Assembly: GCA_045645485.1 (NCBI GenBank) | Contig: JAZRIX010000020.1 | Coordinates: 33,681 to 97,680, forward strand | From: Clostridia bacterium | Lineage (GTDB): Bacteria; Bacillota; Clostridia; Monoglobales; Monoglobaceae | Direction of reading: 5' to 3' | Length of the DNA: 64,000 nt | In this document: positions 1 to 10,076 of the stretch, one piece after another | Numbering within the stretch: position 1 is the first letter of the stretch | Layout of the letters: each line of letters begins with the position of its first letter | The notes under the pieces: model-generated | Database searches by the model: none | What the model was told of the DNA's origin: nothing | What the model saw: the letters and a program-made list of their open reading frames with translations, nothing else | Translations under genes and position numbers: made by a program

Positions 1-135
1 TGTGTTTCCCTGCGGGTCAATGTCTATAAGAAGTATCTTTTTCCCTTGCTTTCCGAGGCAGGCACTAAGATTTACAGCAGTGGTTGTTTTTCCAACGCCG
101 CCTTTTTGGTTTGCTATTGCAATAACCTTTCCCAT
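1..135 (-). CDS. soj: ParA/Soj-type chromosome partitioning ATPase, first 45 codons only (gene runs off the left edge)
   Basis: Minus-strand translation from the ATG at 135 gives [45 protein letters not shown], with the deviant Walker A KGGVGKTT of ParA/Soj. An AGGAGGA Shine-Dalgarno lies at 141-147 (complement). It is open-ended, so it is absent from the ORF track. Confidence 0.85.
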   Translation of the reverse strand, partial: MGKVIAIANQKGGVGKTTTAVNLSACLGKQGKKILLIDIDPQGNT

Positions 136-229
136 CTTCATCCTCCTCTTTATGTATGTATACTCATTCTACCACTTTTCGGCTTTAATTACAATATCAA
201 TTTCAAAAAAAATCTATATTTTTTCAAAA

Positions 230-245
230 TGTTTCACGTGAAACA
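230..245. promoter_or_regulatory. parS: parS centromere-like site (Spo0J/ParB binding), perfect palindrome TGTTTCACGTGAAACA
   Basis: Exact match to the Firmicute parS consensus TGTTNCACGTGAAACA, located upstream of the soj start. Confidence 0.85.
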
Positions 246-259
246 TTTTTGTTTCTATG

Positions 260-290
260 AAAAAACAATCCCGATAAAAATCAGGATTGT
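260..290 (-). terminator. Rho-independent terminator candidate for the MATE gene
   Basis: On the minus strand the stem is acaatcc/ggattgt (265-271 and 284-290) with a 12-nt loop, followed by a T-run (plus-strand A-run 260-265). Confidence 0.5.
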
Positions 291-303
291 TTCACGTGAA
301 ACA
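288..303. promoter_or_regulatory. parS: second parS site, identical 16-mer TGTTTCACGTGAAACA
   Basis: Identical 16-mer 58 bp from the first copy, lying between the MATE stop codon (307) and soj. Confidence 0.85.
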
Positions 304-306
304 TCT

Positions 307-1641
307 TTATTTCACAAGATTTCTTATCCATTTTTTTGATTTAAAACGCCATATGGACATTGCGAGCTTTGCAAATTCTTCGCTCATCATAATAATATAA
401 ATCCATTCAAGAGGAAGCTTAAACACAAGACCCGCAAAAATAACTGCCGGCACACCGATAATCCACATGGAGGATATATCAATAAATGCAGCATATGTTG
501 AATCTCCGCCATTCCTGAATACACCCACAATAAAGAAGAATGTAAGAGCCTTCACCGTCATAATAAGAGCCGTAAAGAACAAAATTGTCAGCGTCTGGTC
601 AAGAATAGCATCTTCTACGTTATATGGCAGCAGCACAAGAGGTCTGATTATAATAAATACAGCCGCAACTATTATTGAAAAAACAGTATTCAAAAGGCAC
701 AGTCTTTTTGACACAGAATATGCATTTTCAAAATCTCCTGCCCCAACCAGCTTTCCTATAAGAATACCTGCCGCATTTCCTCCTCCGTGAAAGAATACCA
801 GCAGAAGTCTTTCAATGTTTTGTACAATGGTAATAACAACAAGTGCCTCTTTGCTTACCTGAGAGAAAACCCATGAATATGTAACGGTTCCCAGTGCCCA
901 CGCACTTTCGTTGAGGGTTATGGGAAGAGCGGCTTTGAAATACTTTTGAAGCATTCCTTTTGGAAATGAAAACATTTCTTTGAGGGGTGCCGCCTGAAGA
1001 AGCTTTTTGGCATAAATTGTCGCAACAATAATCAAAAGTTCACTGCCTCTGGCAATTATTGTTGCAATAGCCGCCCCTTCAATTCCAAGTGCAGGGCAAC
1101 CGAATTTTCCGTAAATCAGAATCCAGTTTGCAACCAGATTTACAAGTAATCCAACAAATCTTGCGGCAAATGATATATTTGCTTTTTCACAACAACAAAG
1201 ACTCATATCATATGCAGCAGCAAGTCCTGACAGCAAATATGAAAAGCAGACAATACGCAGATACTTTACTCCATAATCAATTACTGCCTTTTCATCACTG
1301 AAAACAGACATAACAACCTGCGGAGCAAAAACCGAGATACCTATAAAAACCGTTGCAAGGAGAAAAACCAACAAAAGATTTATTCCCAGCACTTTCCGCA
1401 TATTCTTTATATCTCTTGCTCCCCAATACTGAGATGCAAATACTCCCGCACCTCCGCACATTCCAAAGGTCATAACCGCATAAAGAAAGTACCATTGATT
1501 TCCGATTCCTGCGGCGGCAATAATATCCGTACCGAGAGGACCAAGCATTACAGTATCAAGAAGATTGATAAATGCCGCAATAAGCTCCTTGAATGCCATT
1601 GGAATGAGCAGGACAAAAAAACTTTTGTAAAAAGAATTCAC
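307..1641 (-). CDS. MATE family multidrug/sodium efflux transporter
   Basis: 444-aa polytopic membrane ORF. The N-terminus (FKELIAAFINLLDTVMLGPLGTDIIAAAGIGNQ...GGAGVFASQYWGARD) and a duplicated 6-TM organisation are typical of MATE/NorM proteins. Confidence 0.85.
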   Translation of the reverse strand: MNSFYKSFFVLLIPMAFKELIAAFINLLDTVMLGPLGTDIIAAAGIGNQWYFLYAVMTFGMCGGAGVFASQYWGARDIKNMRKVLGINLLLVFLLATVFIGISVFAPQVVMSVFSDEKAVIDYGVKYLRIVCFSYLLSGLAAAYDMSLCCCEKANISFAARFVGLLVNLVANWILIYGKFGCPALGIEGAAIATIIARGSELLIIVATIYAKKLLQAAPLKEMFSFPKGMLQKYFKAALPITLNESAWALGTVTYSWVFSQVSKEALVVITIVQNIERLLLVFFHGGGNAAGILIGKLVGAGDFENAYSVSKRLCLLNTVFSIIVAAVFIIIRPLVLLPYNVEDAILDQTLTILFFTALIMTVKALTFFFIVGVFRNGGDSTYAAFIDISSMWIIGVPAVIFAGLVFKLPLEWIYIIMMSEEFAKLAMSIWRFKSKKWIRNLVK

Positions 1642-1643
1642 TT

Positions 1644-3800
1644 TTATTCAATTCCTTTCATTGTAAGAGAAATTCTCTTTTTTTGAACATCAACATCAAG
1701 TACCTTTACCTTCACAATATCACCGATTGATACAACATCCATAGGATGCTTTACATATTTATCGCTGAGCTGTGATATATGAACAAGTCCGTCCTGATGC
1801 ACGCCAATATCCACAAATGCACCAAAGTCAATAACATTGCGGACTGTCCCGGTAAGAATCATATCAGGCTTCAGGTCTTCCATACTCATGACATCATCAC
1901 GAAGAAGTGGCTGTTCAACCGAATCACGGGGGTCGCGTCCGGGTTTTGTAATTTCATCCACAATATCCCGCAGAGTAGGCACACCAATTCCAAGCTCTGT
2001 TGCAAGAGACGACAAATCCTTGTCCTTCATACGGTTTTTAATATCACCGAGGTTTCCTTCTTCAACATCCTTCATTGTATAACCCAAAAATTCGATAAGC
2101 TTTTCAGCCGCATCATAGCTTTCGGGATGTACAGCAGTATTATCAAGAACATTCTTTCCGTCAGCAATTCTCAAAAAGCCTGCACACTGCTGGAATGCCT
2201 TGGGGCCCAGCTTGCCCACCTTCTTGAGCTGTGCTCTGCTTGTAAATCTTCCCTCTTCTTCCCTATATTTTACAATATTGGAAGCAATTGTCGAATTTAT
2301 GCCCGAAATATACTGAAGAAGGGGAGCAGATGCTGTATTCAAGTCAACCCCAACAGAGTTAACACAGTCTTCAACCACACCGCCCAGAACCTCGCCAAGT
2401 CTCTTCTGGTTCATATCGTGCTGATACTGACCCACACCGATTGCCTTTGGCTCAATTTTGACAAGCTCTGCAAGGGGGTCCTGAACACGTCTTGCAATAG
2501 AAATTGCACTACGCTGTGTTACGTCAAAGTCAGGAAATTCTTCAGTTGCAAGCTTTGACGCAGAATAAACCGAAGCTCCTGCCTCATTAGTCATAATATA
2601 TTTTACATTACATTCAGGTATCTCTTTGATAAGGTTTGCGGCAAAGATTTCAGTTTCTTTTGACGCTGTACCGTTACCAATTGAAACAAGAGTAACACCG
2701 TGCTTCTTTATAAGCCCTTTGATGAGTGCCTTTGCGGATTCCTTCTGACCTTCGGAGTGCGTAATGTAAATAACTCCCGTATCAAGTACCTTGCCTGTTT
2801 CATCAACAACGCCAACCTTGCATCCGGTACGGTAACCGGGGTCAAGACCAATAACAACCTGACCGCGGATTGGAGCCTGCATCAAAAGGTTCTTCAGATT
2901 AACCTTAAACACCTGCATTGCCTGTTCCTGAGCCGCATCGGTAAGCTCATTGCGGATTTCTCTTTCGATACTTGGCTGAATAAGTCGTGTATATGCATCC
3001 TCTGCCGCAGCTTCTACAAGATATGCAGTAATAGAGCTTTTGTCTGTGACTTCAGAACTCTTCAGATACGCAAGAATTTTTTCTTCATCACAGGAAACCG
3101 AAACCGATAAAAATTTCTCGTTTTCACCACGGTCAATTGCAAGAACTCTGTGTGGAACAGCTTTTGTAACGGGTTCTGCAAATTCATAGTAGTTTCTGTA
3201 AACAGAATCCTCCTCTGTCGCTGCCCTGGACTGAAGAAGACCGGTTTTTGTGGTAATCTCACGGATTTCCTTTCTATGCTCCGCATTGTCTGAAACTATT
3301 TCTGCAATAATATCCATAGCACCCTGAAGAGCATCCTCTGTTGTTTCAACTCCCTTTTCGGGGTTAATGTATTCCGCCGCAAGCTCATCAACAGACTCCG
3401 CCTTTGTGTTTTGCAGATAAATAATTGTTGCCAGAGGTTCAAGACCCTTTTCCTTTGCAACTGTTGCGCGGGTTCTGCGCTTTGGACGGAAGGGACGGTA
3501 AATATCTTCAAGCTCCGAAAGCTTTTCCGCCTTGTCAATTTCAGCAGAAAGTTCGTCGGTGAGCTTTCCCTGCTCCTCAATTATTCTCTTTATATCAGCC
3601 TTTCTTTCTTCCATATTCCGAAGATAAGTAAGGCGGTCAAAAAATGTACGGAGAATTTCATCATTCAATTCTCCCGTTGCTTCCTTGCGGTAACGTGAAA
3701 TAAAAGGAATTGTATTCCCCTCGTCAAGCAGTGCAATGGTGTTGTCAACCTGCCATTGCTTTAATTCCAGCTCCTGCGCGAGTCTTTCAGCAATTGTCAT
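1644..3800 (-). CDS. tex: Tex-like transcription accessory protein (YqgF/RuvX-like, HhH and C-terminal S1 domains)
   Basis: 718 aa. The N-terminus IAERLAQELELKQWQVDNTIALLDEGNTIPFISRYRKEATG is the canonical Tex start. The C-terminal S1 domain reads GTVRNVIDFGAFVDIGVHQDGLVHISQL. Confidence 0.92.
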   Translation of the reverse strand: MTIAERLAQELELKQWQVDNTIALLDEGNTIPFISRYRKEATGELNDEILRTFFDRLTYLRNMEERKADIKRIIEEQGKLTDELSAEIDKAEKLSELEDIYRPFRPKRRTRATVAKEKGLEPLATIIYLQNTKAESVDELAAEYINPEKGVETTEDALQGAMDIIAEIVSDNAEHRKEIREITTKTGLLQSRAATEEDSVYRNYYEFAEPVTKAVPHRVLAIDRGENEKFLSVSVSCDEEKILAYLKSSEVTDKSSITAYLVEAAAEDAYTRLIQPSIEREIRNELTDAAQEQAMQVFKVNLKNLLMQAPIRGQVVIGLDPGYRTGCKVGVVDETGKVLDTGVIYITHSEGQKESAKALIKGLIKKHGVTLVSIGNGTASKETEIFAANLIKEIPECNVKYIMTNEAGASVYSASKLATEEFPDFDVTQRSAISIARRVQDPLAELVKIEPKAIGVGQYQHDMNQKRLGEVLGGVVEDCVNSVGVDLNTASAPLLQYISGINSTIASNIVKYREEEGRFTSRAQLKKVGKLGPKAFQQCAGFLRIADGKNVLDNTAVHPESYDAAEKLIEFLGYTMKDVEEGNLGDIKNRMKDKDLSSLATELGIGVPTLRDIVDEITKPGRDPRDSVEQPLLRDDVMSMEDLKPDMILTGTVRNVIDFGAFVDIGVHQDGLVHISQLSDKYVKHPMDVVSIGDIVKVKVLDVDVQKKRISLTMKGIE

Positions 3801-3850
3801 AATTATTTTCCTTTCTATGTAAAACTAAATAATCTGCTATGTATTATTTA

Positions 3851-3962
3851 CCCTCTCCGTCACGGAAACCCGTAACACCTCTCCCACAGGGAGAGGCTTA
3901 AAGAAACCATATTTATAACAGGCTCTCCTTGGGGAGAGCTGTCACCAAAGGTGACGGAGGGA
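3851..3962. repeat. Inverted pair of a ~45-bp hairpin-rich repeat unit (family 2)
   Basis: The left unit is ccctctccgtcac..cctctcccacagggagagg. The reverse complement of the right unit is ccctccgtcac..ctctccccaaggagagcc. Internal hairpins lie at 3878-3896, 3922-3939 and 3941-3955. The outer arms ccctctccgtcac and gtgacggaggg are complementary. Confidence 0.7.
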
Positions 3963-3976
3963 GTATAATTATACAA

Positions 3977-6900
3977 TCAAATATCATCGAACAAAGATAT
4001 CTGGCTTGTTTCACTCATTCCTTTGAGACATCCGTTTTCGTTAAGGGTTTCAATAACGGTTTTTGTCAGCTTTGCCCTTTGCTTGAGGTCCTCAATTGAC
4101 ACAAACTCCCCGTCCTTTCTGGCATCAACAATATTTTGTGCCGCAGAATCTCCAACACCCTGAAAGGCATTGATGGGAAGCCTGATTTTTCCGTCCACTC
4201 TCTGAAACTTGAATGCGTCCGATTCATAAAGGTCAACGGGCATAAATTCAAATCCGCGCTGATACATTTCGTGAACAATTTCACAGATTGTATAAACAGA
4301 CTTTTCTGTCGCCGACCATTCATTTGAACGCATTTCCAGATTACGCATTTCACTCTGAAGATGTTCGTCGCCCTGTGCCATAATCTTTGCATCAAACAAA
4401 TCCGCACGGACGGTATAGTATGCAATATAAAATTCAAGAGGATGATGCACCTTGAAATATGCAACTCTGAATGCCATCATAACATACGCCGCTGCATGGG
4501 CTTTGGGGAACATATACTTAATCTTCTTACAGGATTCAATATACCAGTCGGGAACATTATTCTCACGCATGGGGATTTCATATTCCTCCGGCATACCTTC
4601 CTTTGCAGCTCGTCCCTTACGGACAAACTCCATAATCTTGAAGGCAAGACCCGGTTCAACACCCTTGTTCATCAGATACGTCATAATATCGTCACGAACA
4701 CCGATAACCTCAGAAAGAGTTGCAGTGCCTGCCTTGATAAGCTCCTGCGCATTACCCAGCCACACGTCTGTACCGTGTGAAAGACCCGCAATAAGAACAA
4801 GCTCATAAAAGGTTGTAGGAAGGGTGTCAAGAAGCATCTGTCTTGTAAAGGAGGTTCCGAATTCGGGAATACCGAAGGTTCCCACCTTGCTCTTTATCTG
4901 TTCGGGAGTAACTCCGATAGTTTCAGTGCTTGAAAATATCCGCATTGTATCAGGGTCGTCAAGAGGAATCTTGGTTGCATCAAGACCTGTAAGATTTTCA
5001 AGCATTCTTATAGTAGATGGGTCATCGTGACCAAGAATATCCAGTTTCAGAAGGTTATCGTGGATTGAATGGAAATCGAAGTGTGTTGTAATAATTCCCG
5101 ATTCCTTCTTTTCAGCCGGATGCTGTACCGGACAGAACTCGTGTATATCCATAGTTTTTGGACATACAATAATACCTCCCGGATGCTGACCCGTTGTGTT
5201 CTTTATATCAATAAGACCCTTGGAAACTCTTTTCAGCTCCGCCTGAGTGGGTTTTATTCCTTTTTTCTCATAATACTTCTTTCCGTAAAAACCGATTGCT
5301 GTTTTGTCAGCAATTGTACCGATTGTGCCTGCCTTGAACACAAAGGCATCACCAAACAGCTCACCTACATATTTATGTGCCGTTGCCTGATACTCACCCG
5401 AAAAGTTAAGGTCAATATCAGGAACCTTGTCACCCTTGAATCCAAGGAAGGTTTCAAAGGGGATATTGAAGCCATCCTTGTGGAGCTTCTCACCGCAAAC
5501 AGGACAGTTCTTGTCGGGCATATCTATTCCTATATTATATTCGCCCTTGGTGAAAAACTCGCTGTGCTTGCAGTTTCGGCAGATATAGTGAGGCGCAAGA
5601 GCATTAACCTCAGTAATTCCCGAAAGGTATGCAGCAAATGATGAACCAACCGAACCACGGGAACCGACAAGGTAGCCTGCTTCGTTTGACTTCTTAACCA
5701 GCTTGTGTGCAATCATATACATAACCGCATAACCGTAACGCAGAATACATCCAAGCTCTCTGTCCATTCGCTCCTTTACAATATCGGGAAGCTCATCACC
5801 GTACTCACGGTATGCCTTTGCGTGGCACATATCCTCTAGATCCTGCTCACAGTTCTCGATTGAGGGGTTGTATGTACCGCCCTTCAGGGGTTCAAAATCT
5901 TCAATCATATCAGCAATGAGGTTTGTATTTTTTACCACAACCTCATATGCCTTGTTCTTTCCAAGATAACTGAATTCCTCCAGCATTTCTTCTGTTGTTC
6001 TGAAATAAAGAGGGGCCTGCATATCAGCATCACTGTAGCCTTGAGCACCCTGCAGAACACGTCTGTAAAGCTCGTCCGACGGATCCATAAAGTGAACGTC
6101 ACAAGTAGCAACAACGGGTTTTCCCATTTCCTCGCCCAGTTCAACTATCTTTCGGTTGAAATTCATCAAGGCCTCCCTGTCGGGAACATCACCGCTTCGA
6201 ATCATAAATTCGTTGTTACCCAGAGGCTGAATTTCAAAATAATCATAAAATGCTGCAATCCTGCGGATTTCTTCTTCAGGCAGTCCTTCTTTCACTGCCT
6301 CATAAAGCTCACCCTGCTCGCAGGCACTTCCGATAATCAAGCCTTCACGGTAACGAGCAAGAACACTCTTTGGAATTCTCGGACGTTTGTAGAAGTATTT
6401 CAGGTTTGACCATGAAATAAGCTTGTACATATTTTTGAGACCCTGTTCATTTTTTGCAAGAATAATGATGTGCTTGTAGGGCTTTTTCAAAAATTCTTCA
6501 TTTTTATCAATTGTCCAGCTTTCATCAAGCTCGGATTCTCTTTCTTCTTTTAACTGAAGCATTTTTATAAGTGCTTCTGCCGTTGCCGTTGCATCATCCA
6601 ATGCACGGTGATGATTTTCCAAAGATACTCCGAGTCTTTCGCATATAAGATTCAGCTTGTGGTTCTTTTCGTGAGGGAAAAGCTCCTTTGAAAGGTCAAT
6701 CGTATCCATAATCGGATAGGAATCAAACTCCAGTTTGTTATCTTCGTGGCGTTTATTATATCTTTCAACCTCTGCTTTGATAAAGCTAACATCAAACTTT
6801 GCATTATGTGCAACAATTACATTTTTTACGTTATTCAGCTTTCCGCAGAAGTTAATAAACTCAGGTAAAATTTCATCAATGTTCGGTTTATCCGCAACCA

Positions 6901-8317
6901 TTTCATCTGTTATCCCCGTAAGCTCTGAAATTTGCGGAGGAATAGGGCGTTCGGGATTGATAAGCTTTGAAAAGGTGTTTACAATCTCCCCGTCCATAAT
7001 TTTTACACCGCCGATTTCGGTAATGGTTTCGGTTTCGGGACTGAGCCCTGTTGTTTCTATATCAAATACTATGTATATTCCGTCTTTATAGCTTTTCGGA
7101 ACGGTATCGACTCCAATCGGAAGGTCATTGACAAAATAACCTTCTGTTCCGTATATAACCTTGAAGTCCTGACCGGCCTTTCTTATTTTTCCAAGAGTTT
7201 TTAAAGCCTCAGGAAACGCCTGAGCAACACCGTGATCTGTTATGGCAATTGCCTTGTGCCCCCACTTTGCCGCACGGCTGATAAGGTCGGCAGGTGCAGT
7301 GATTGCATCCTTTGCACTCATTTTTGTATGAAGATGAAGTTCAACTCTCTTTTCCTCTGCGTTATCCATACGGATTCCGGGCTTGTTGCAAAGCTCAACA
7401 CTTTTAACCTTCATTTTTTCGCATCTTGCACGTTCGTCATAATCATATTCGCCGCGGATTGTAAGAATGTTTCCCGCAACAATGGCAGGCAGAACCTTTT
7501 TCACCTGTTCAGCTTTTCCGAAAATTTCTCCCGTAATCGCCCATGTATCGTCACCGATATCAAAGTTCACAGCAATATACATCAGCTTTCCGTCTTTGTT
7601 GATTTCACGGGTTTCCACATCAATAACTTCTCCGTGAACAGCACAGATTCCCATACCTGCACGAAGCTCAACCATATTTATAATATCTTCTGTTATTGGC
7701 TTTCCGAAAATACAGCCAACAGTCAGAGGTTCACCCGTAGATTCATCCTTTGGAGCTTCCTCCTTCTTCTTTTGAGCAGCCTCCGCCGCCTTTTTGCTGA
7801 AAGTGTTTATACGCTCTTCCTTCTCGCTGTTGTAGGCTTCCATATCAATACATTCTGCATCAATTTCAACAGAAATGGGTCTGTCAAGCTCATAACTGAT
7901 AATTTCCTTCATAATTGAAGCACACTTGTTTTGTTCAAGAATCTGCTTTCCGCATCTGACATTCTTTATTTTCAGAATGTTTCCTTCAAGCTGGCCATAG
8001 CTTCCCACAAGAAAAGCTTTGCATATACAGCTTTTTTTGAACAGCGAAACAAGGAGATTTCTGTAATACTTTTCAGAAAACTCCATCTTTTTATATTTAA
8101 CTTTTATTTCAAGGTCACTGAGCTCATAAACCGACTTTACCTGATCCGAAAAGGCAAAAAGCTCTGTTTTTGGTATCAGTTGGTCCGAAGAAAGCTCCAC
8201 ACGGATTGATTTATTCTTTATATCAACAAAGAAATCCAATACTTCTGTTTTTTCAAGAATCTCTGCAAAAGAATTAAGCACCGTGACCTTGTCAAATACA
8301 TCAAGTATACCAGCCAA
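3977..8317 (-). CDS. polC: DNA polymerase III alpha subunit, Gram-positive PolC type with inserted 3'-5' exonuclease
   Basis: 1446 aa. It has the exonuclease motif IVFDIETTGLSP and PHP and polymerase core motifs. Its TTG start lies 3 nt after the ispG stop. Confidence 0.97.
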   Translation of the reverse strand: MAGILDVFDKVTVLNSFAEILEKTEVLDFFVDIKNKSIRVELSSDQLIPKTELFAFSDQVKSVYELSDLEIKVKYKKMEFSEKYYRNLLVSLFKKSCICKAFLVGSYGQLEGNILKIKNVRCGKQILEQNKCASIMKEIISYELDRPISVEIDAECIDMEAYNSEKEERINTFSKKAAEAAQKKKEEAPKDESTGEPLTVGCIFGKPITEDIINMVELRAGMGICAVHGEVIDVETREINKDGKLMYIAVNFDIGDDTWAITGEIFGKAEQVKKVLPAIVAGNILTIRGEYDYDERARCEKMKVKSVELCNKPGIRMDNAEEKRVELHLHTKMSAKDAITAPADLISRAAKWGHKAIAITDHGVAQAFPEALKTLGKIRKAGQDFKVIYGTEGYFVNDLPIGVDTVPKSYKDGIYIVFDIETTGLSPETETITEIGGVKIMDGEIVNTFSKLINPERPIPPQISELTGITDEMVADKPNIDEILPEFINFCGKLNNVKNVIVAHNAKFDVSFIKAEVERYNKRHEDNKLEFDSYPIMDTIDLSKELFPHEKNHKLNLICERLGVSLENHHRALDDATATAEALIKMLQLKEERESELDESWTIDKNEEFLKKPYKHIIILAKNEQGLKNMYKLISWSNLKYFYKRPRIPKSVLARYREGLIIGSACEQGELYEAVKEGLPEEEIRRIAAFYDYFEIQPLGNNEFMIRSGDVPDREALMNFNRKIVELGEEMGKPVVATCDVHFMDPSDELYRRVLQGAQGYSDADMQAPLYFRTTEEMLEEFSYLGKNKAYEVVVKNTNLIADMIEDFEPLKGGTYNPSIENCEQDLEDMCHAKAYREYGDELPDIVKERMDRELGCILRYGYAVMYMIAHKLVKKSNEAGYLVGSRGSVGSSFAAYLSGITEVNALAPHYICRNCKHSEFFTKGEYNIGIDMPDKNCPVCGEKLHKDGFNIPFETFLGFKGDKVPDIDLNFSGEYQATAHKYVGELFGDAFVFKAGTIGTIADKTAIGFYGKKYYEKKGIKPTQAELKRVSKGLIDIKNTTGQHPGGIIVCPKTMDIHEFCPVQHPAEKKESGIITTHFDFHSIHDNLLKLDILGHDDPSTIRMLENLTGLDATKIPLDDPDTMRIFSSTETIGVTPEQIKSKVGTFGIPEFGTSFTRQMLLDTLPTTFYELVLIAGLSHGTDVWLGNAQELIKAGTATLSEVIGVRDDIMTYLMNKGVEPGLAFKIMEFVRKGRAAKEGMPEEYEIPMRENNVPDWYIESCKKIKYMFPKAHAAAYVMMAFRVAYFKVHHPLEFYIAYYTVRADLFDAKIMAQGDEHLQSEMRNLEMRSNEWSATEKSVYTICEIVHEMYQRGFEFMPVDLYESDAFKFQRVDGKIRLPINAFQGVGDSAAQNIVDARKDGEFVSIEDLKQRAKLTKTVIETLNENGCLKGMSETSQISLFDDI

Positions 8318-8320
8318 AGC

Positions 8321-9376
8321 CTATTCGTTCCCTTCCATTTTTTCAATTTCAGTCATCAACGTTTCAATAATCTTATCTTCGGGAATTTTTCCAACGATTT
8401 CGCCTTTTTTGAACAGCATTGCACAACCGTCACCGCCTGCAATACCAATGTCCGCATCTCTTGCTTCACCGGGACCGTTCACAACACATCCCATAACCGC
8501 AACCTTCAGTTTTTTGTCACAGTTTTCCAATCTTTCGTTTACTTCCTTTGCAATGGATATAAGATTTATTTTGCAGCGTGCACAGGTGGGGCATGAAACA
8601 ACCTCAATTCCGCCGTCACGAAGACCCAAAGCTTTGAGAATAATTTTTGCCGATTCAACCTCCAGAACAGGGTCATCAGTAAGAGAAACTCTGATTGTTT
8701 CACCTATTCCGTCAGCAAGAAGAGAACCTATTCCGATTGAAGATTTTACAATCCCGCTCTTGTATGTACCGGCTTCTGTAACACCGATATGCAAAGGGTA
8801 ATCAAAAGCTTCCCTTGCTAAGCGGTATGCAGCGATGGTCTTTTTTACATCCGATGACTTCATTGAAATAACCGTATCGTAAAATCCGTACTTTTCAAGA
8901 ATTTTTACGTGTCCCATTGCTGATTCAACCATCGCTTCGGGAGTTGCTTCACCATATTTTTCAAGCAGTTCCTTTTCAAGCGAACCACCGTTTACACCGA
9001 TACGGATTGGAATGTTTCGTTTTTTTGCTTCTTCGCACACAGCTCTTGCACGGTCTTCTGAGCCTATATTTCCGGGATTTATGCGAATCTTGTCGATTCC
9101 TCTTTCCATACACATCAAAGCAAGACGATAATCAAAGTGAATATCCGCTACAAGAGGTATGCTTATATTATTTTTTATTTCGTAAATTGCTTTTGCACTT
9201 TCCTCATCAAGAACCGCCACACGAACAATTTCACAGCCTGCCTTTTCAAGCTGATGAATCTGTGCAACGGTTTTTTCTGCATCTGCAGTATATGCCGTTG
9301 TCATTGACTGAATGGCAACAGAATTTCCGCCGCCTATTTCAACATTTCCGATTTTTACTTTGCGGATATTTTTCAT
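8321..9376 (-). CDS. ispG: 4-hydroxy-3-methylbut-2-en-1-yl diphosphate synthase (MEP pathway)
   Basis: 351 aa with IGNVEIGGGNSVAIQSMT, RVAV and the C-terminal Cys cluster VSCPTCARC...GCVVNGPGE typical of IspG/GcpE. Confidence 0.95.
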   Translation of the reverse strand: MKNIRKVKIGNVEIGGGNSVAIQSMTTAYTADAEKTVAQIHQLEKAGCEIVRVAVLDEESAKAIYEIKNNISIPLVADIHFDYRLALMCMERGIDKIRINPGNIGSEDRARAVCEEAKKRNIPIRIGVNGGSLEKELLEKYGEATPEAMVESAMGHVKILEKYGFYDTVISMKSSDVKKTIAAYRLAREAFDYPLHIGVTEAGTYKSGIVKSSIGIGSLLADGIGETIRVSLTDDPVLEVESAKIILKALGLRDGGIEVVSCPTCARCKINLISIAKEVNERLENCDKKLKVAVMGCVVNGPGEARDADIGIAGGDGCAMLFKKGEIVGKIPEDKIIETLMTEIEKMEGNE

Positions 9377-9397
9377 GATAATTCTCCTTATTTTTTA

Positions 9398-9477
9398 GAT
9401 TCTTCGACTACGCTGCCGCTTCTCTCAGAATGACAAAATTACTTCATTTACGGTCATGCTGAGTCTGTCGAAGCATC
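9398..9477. repeat. Two oppositely oriented copies of the GTCAnnnCTGAG..GTCGAAnnnTC hairpin module (family 1)
   Basis: The reverse complement of 9398-9434 is gtcattctgagagaagcggcagcgtagtcgaagaatc. 9453-9477 is gtcatgctgagtctgtcgaagcatc. Both lie in the ispG/rpiB intergenic gap. Confidence 0.8.
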
Positions 9478-9510
9478 TCAAAGTCTTATACAAAATCTCA
9501 AAAAATCTGT

Positions 9511-9948
9511 TTAGATTGTTTCGAATGCCATAAACTTGTCAATCCGATTCTGATGCCTTCCGCTCTGAAATTCTGCATTGAGGTACGCATTTACAATTTC
9601 AAGAGCAAGGTCACAGCCCGTAATTCTTTCACCAAGACAAATTACATTTGCATTGTTATGTTCCTTTGTCATTCTTGCGCTGTATGTATCTGTTACATGA
9701 GCGGCACGGATTCCGTCAACCTTGTTTGCAGCCATACTCATTCCTATGCCTGTTCCGCAGATAAGTATGCCCTTTTCACATTCGCCGCTGATTACTGCAT
9801 CACAAACCTTTTTTGCATAATCAGGATAATCGCAGGAATCTGTACTGTATGTTCCAAAATCTTTGTATTTCAATCCTTTTCCTTCAAGAAAAGTCTTTAT
9901 TGTTTCCTTTAAATTAATACCGCCATGGTCACATCCGATTGCTATCAT
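9511..9948 (-). CDS. rpiB: Ribose-5-phosphate isomerase B
   Basis: 145 aa with IAIGCDHGG...ILICGTGIGMSMAANKVDGIRAA...HNNANVICLGERI, the RpiB/LacAB signature. Confidence 0.93.
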   Translation of the reverse strand: MIAIGCDHGGINLKETIKTFLEGKGLKYKDFGTYSTDSCDYPDYAKKVCDAVISGECEKGILICGTGIGMSMAANKVDGIRAAHVTDTYSARMTKEHNNANVICLGERITGCDLALEIVNAYLNAEFQSGRHQNRIDKFMAFETI

Positions 9949-10018
9949 TTTAAAATTCTCCTTTTTGCATAATATACTAATTTAATTGTATCAAATTTTT
10001 TTTCAAATATCAATGATT

Positions 10019-10047
10019 TTGACAAAAAATATTATATATGTTATAAT
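10019..10047 (+). promoter_or_regulatory. Sigma-A type promoter for the phosphoglucomutase gene
   Basis: TTGACA (10019-10024), a 17-nt spacer, and an extended -10 TGtTATAAT (10039-10047). A GGGAGA RBS follows, with the ATG at 10077. Confidence 0.7.
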
Positions 10048-10076
10048 ATTATTAATAAAAAGAAGGGAGATATAAT

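Noticed and set aside
2-339. Plus-strand ORFs 2-241 and 46-339 at the left edge
   Set aside because: They lie antisense to the ParA/Soj N-terminus and run across the parS and terminator region, and their translations are low complexity.
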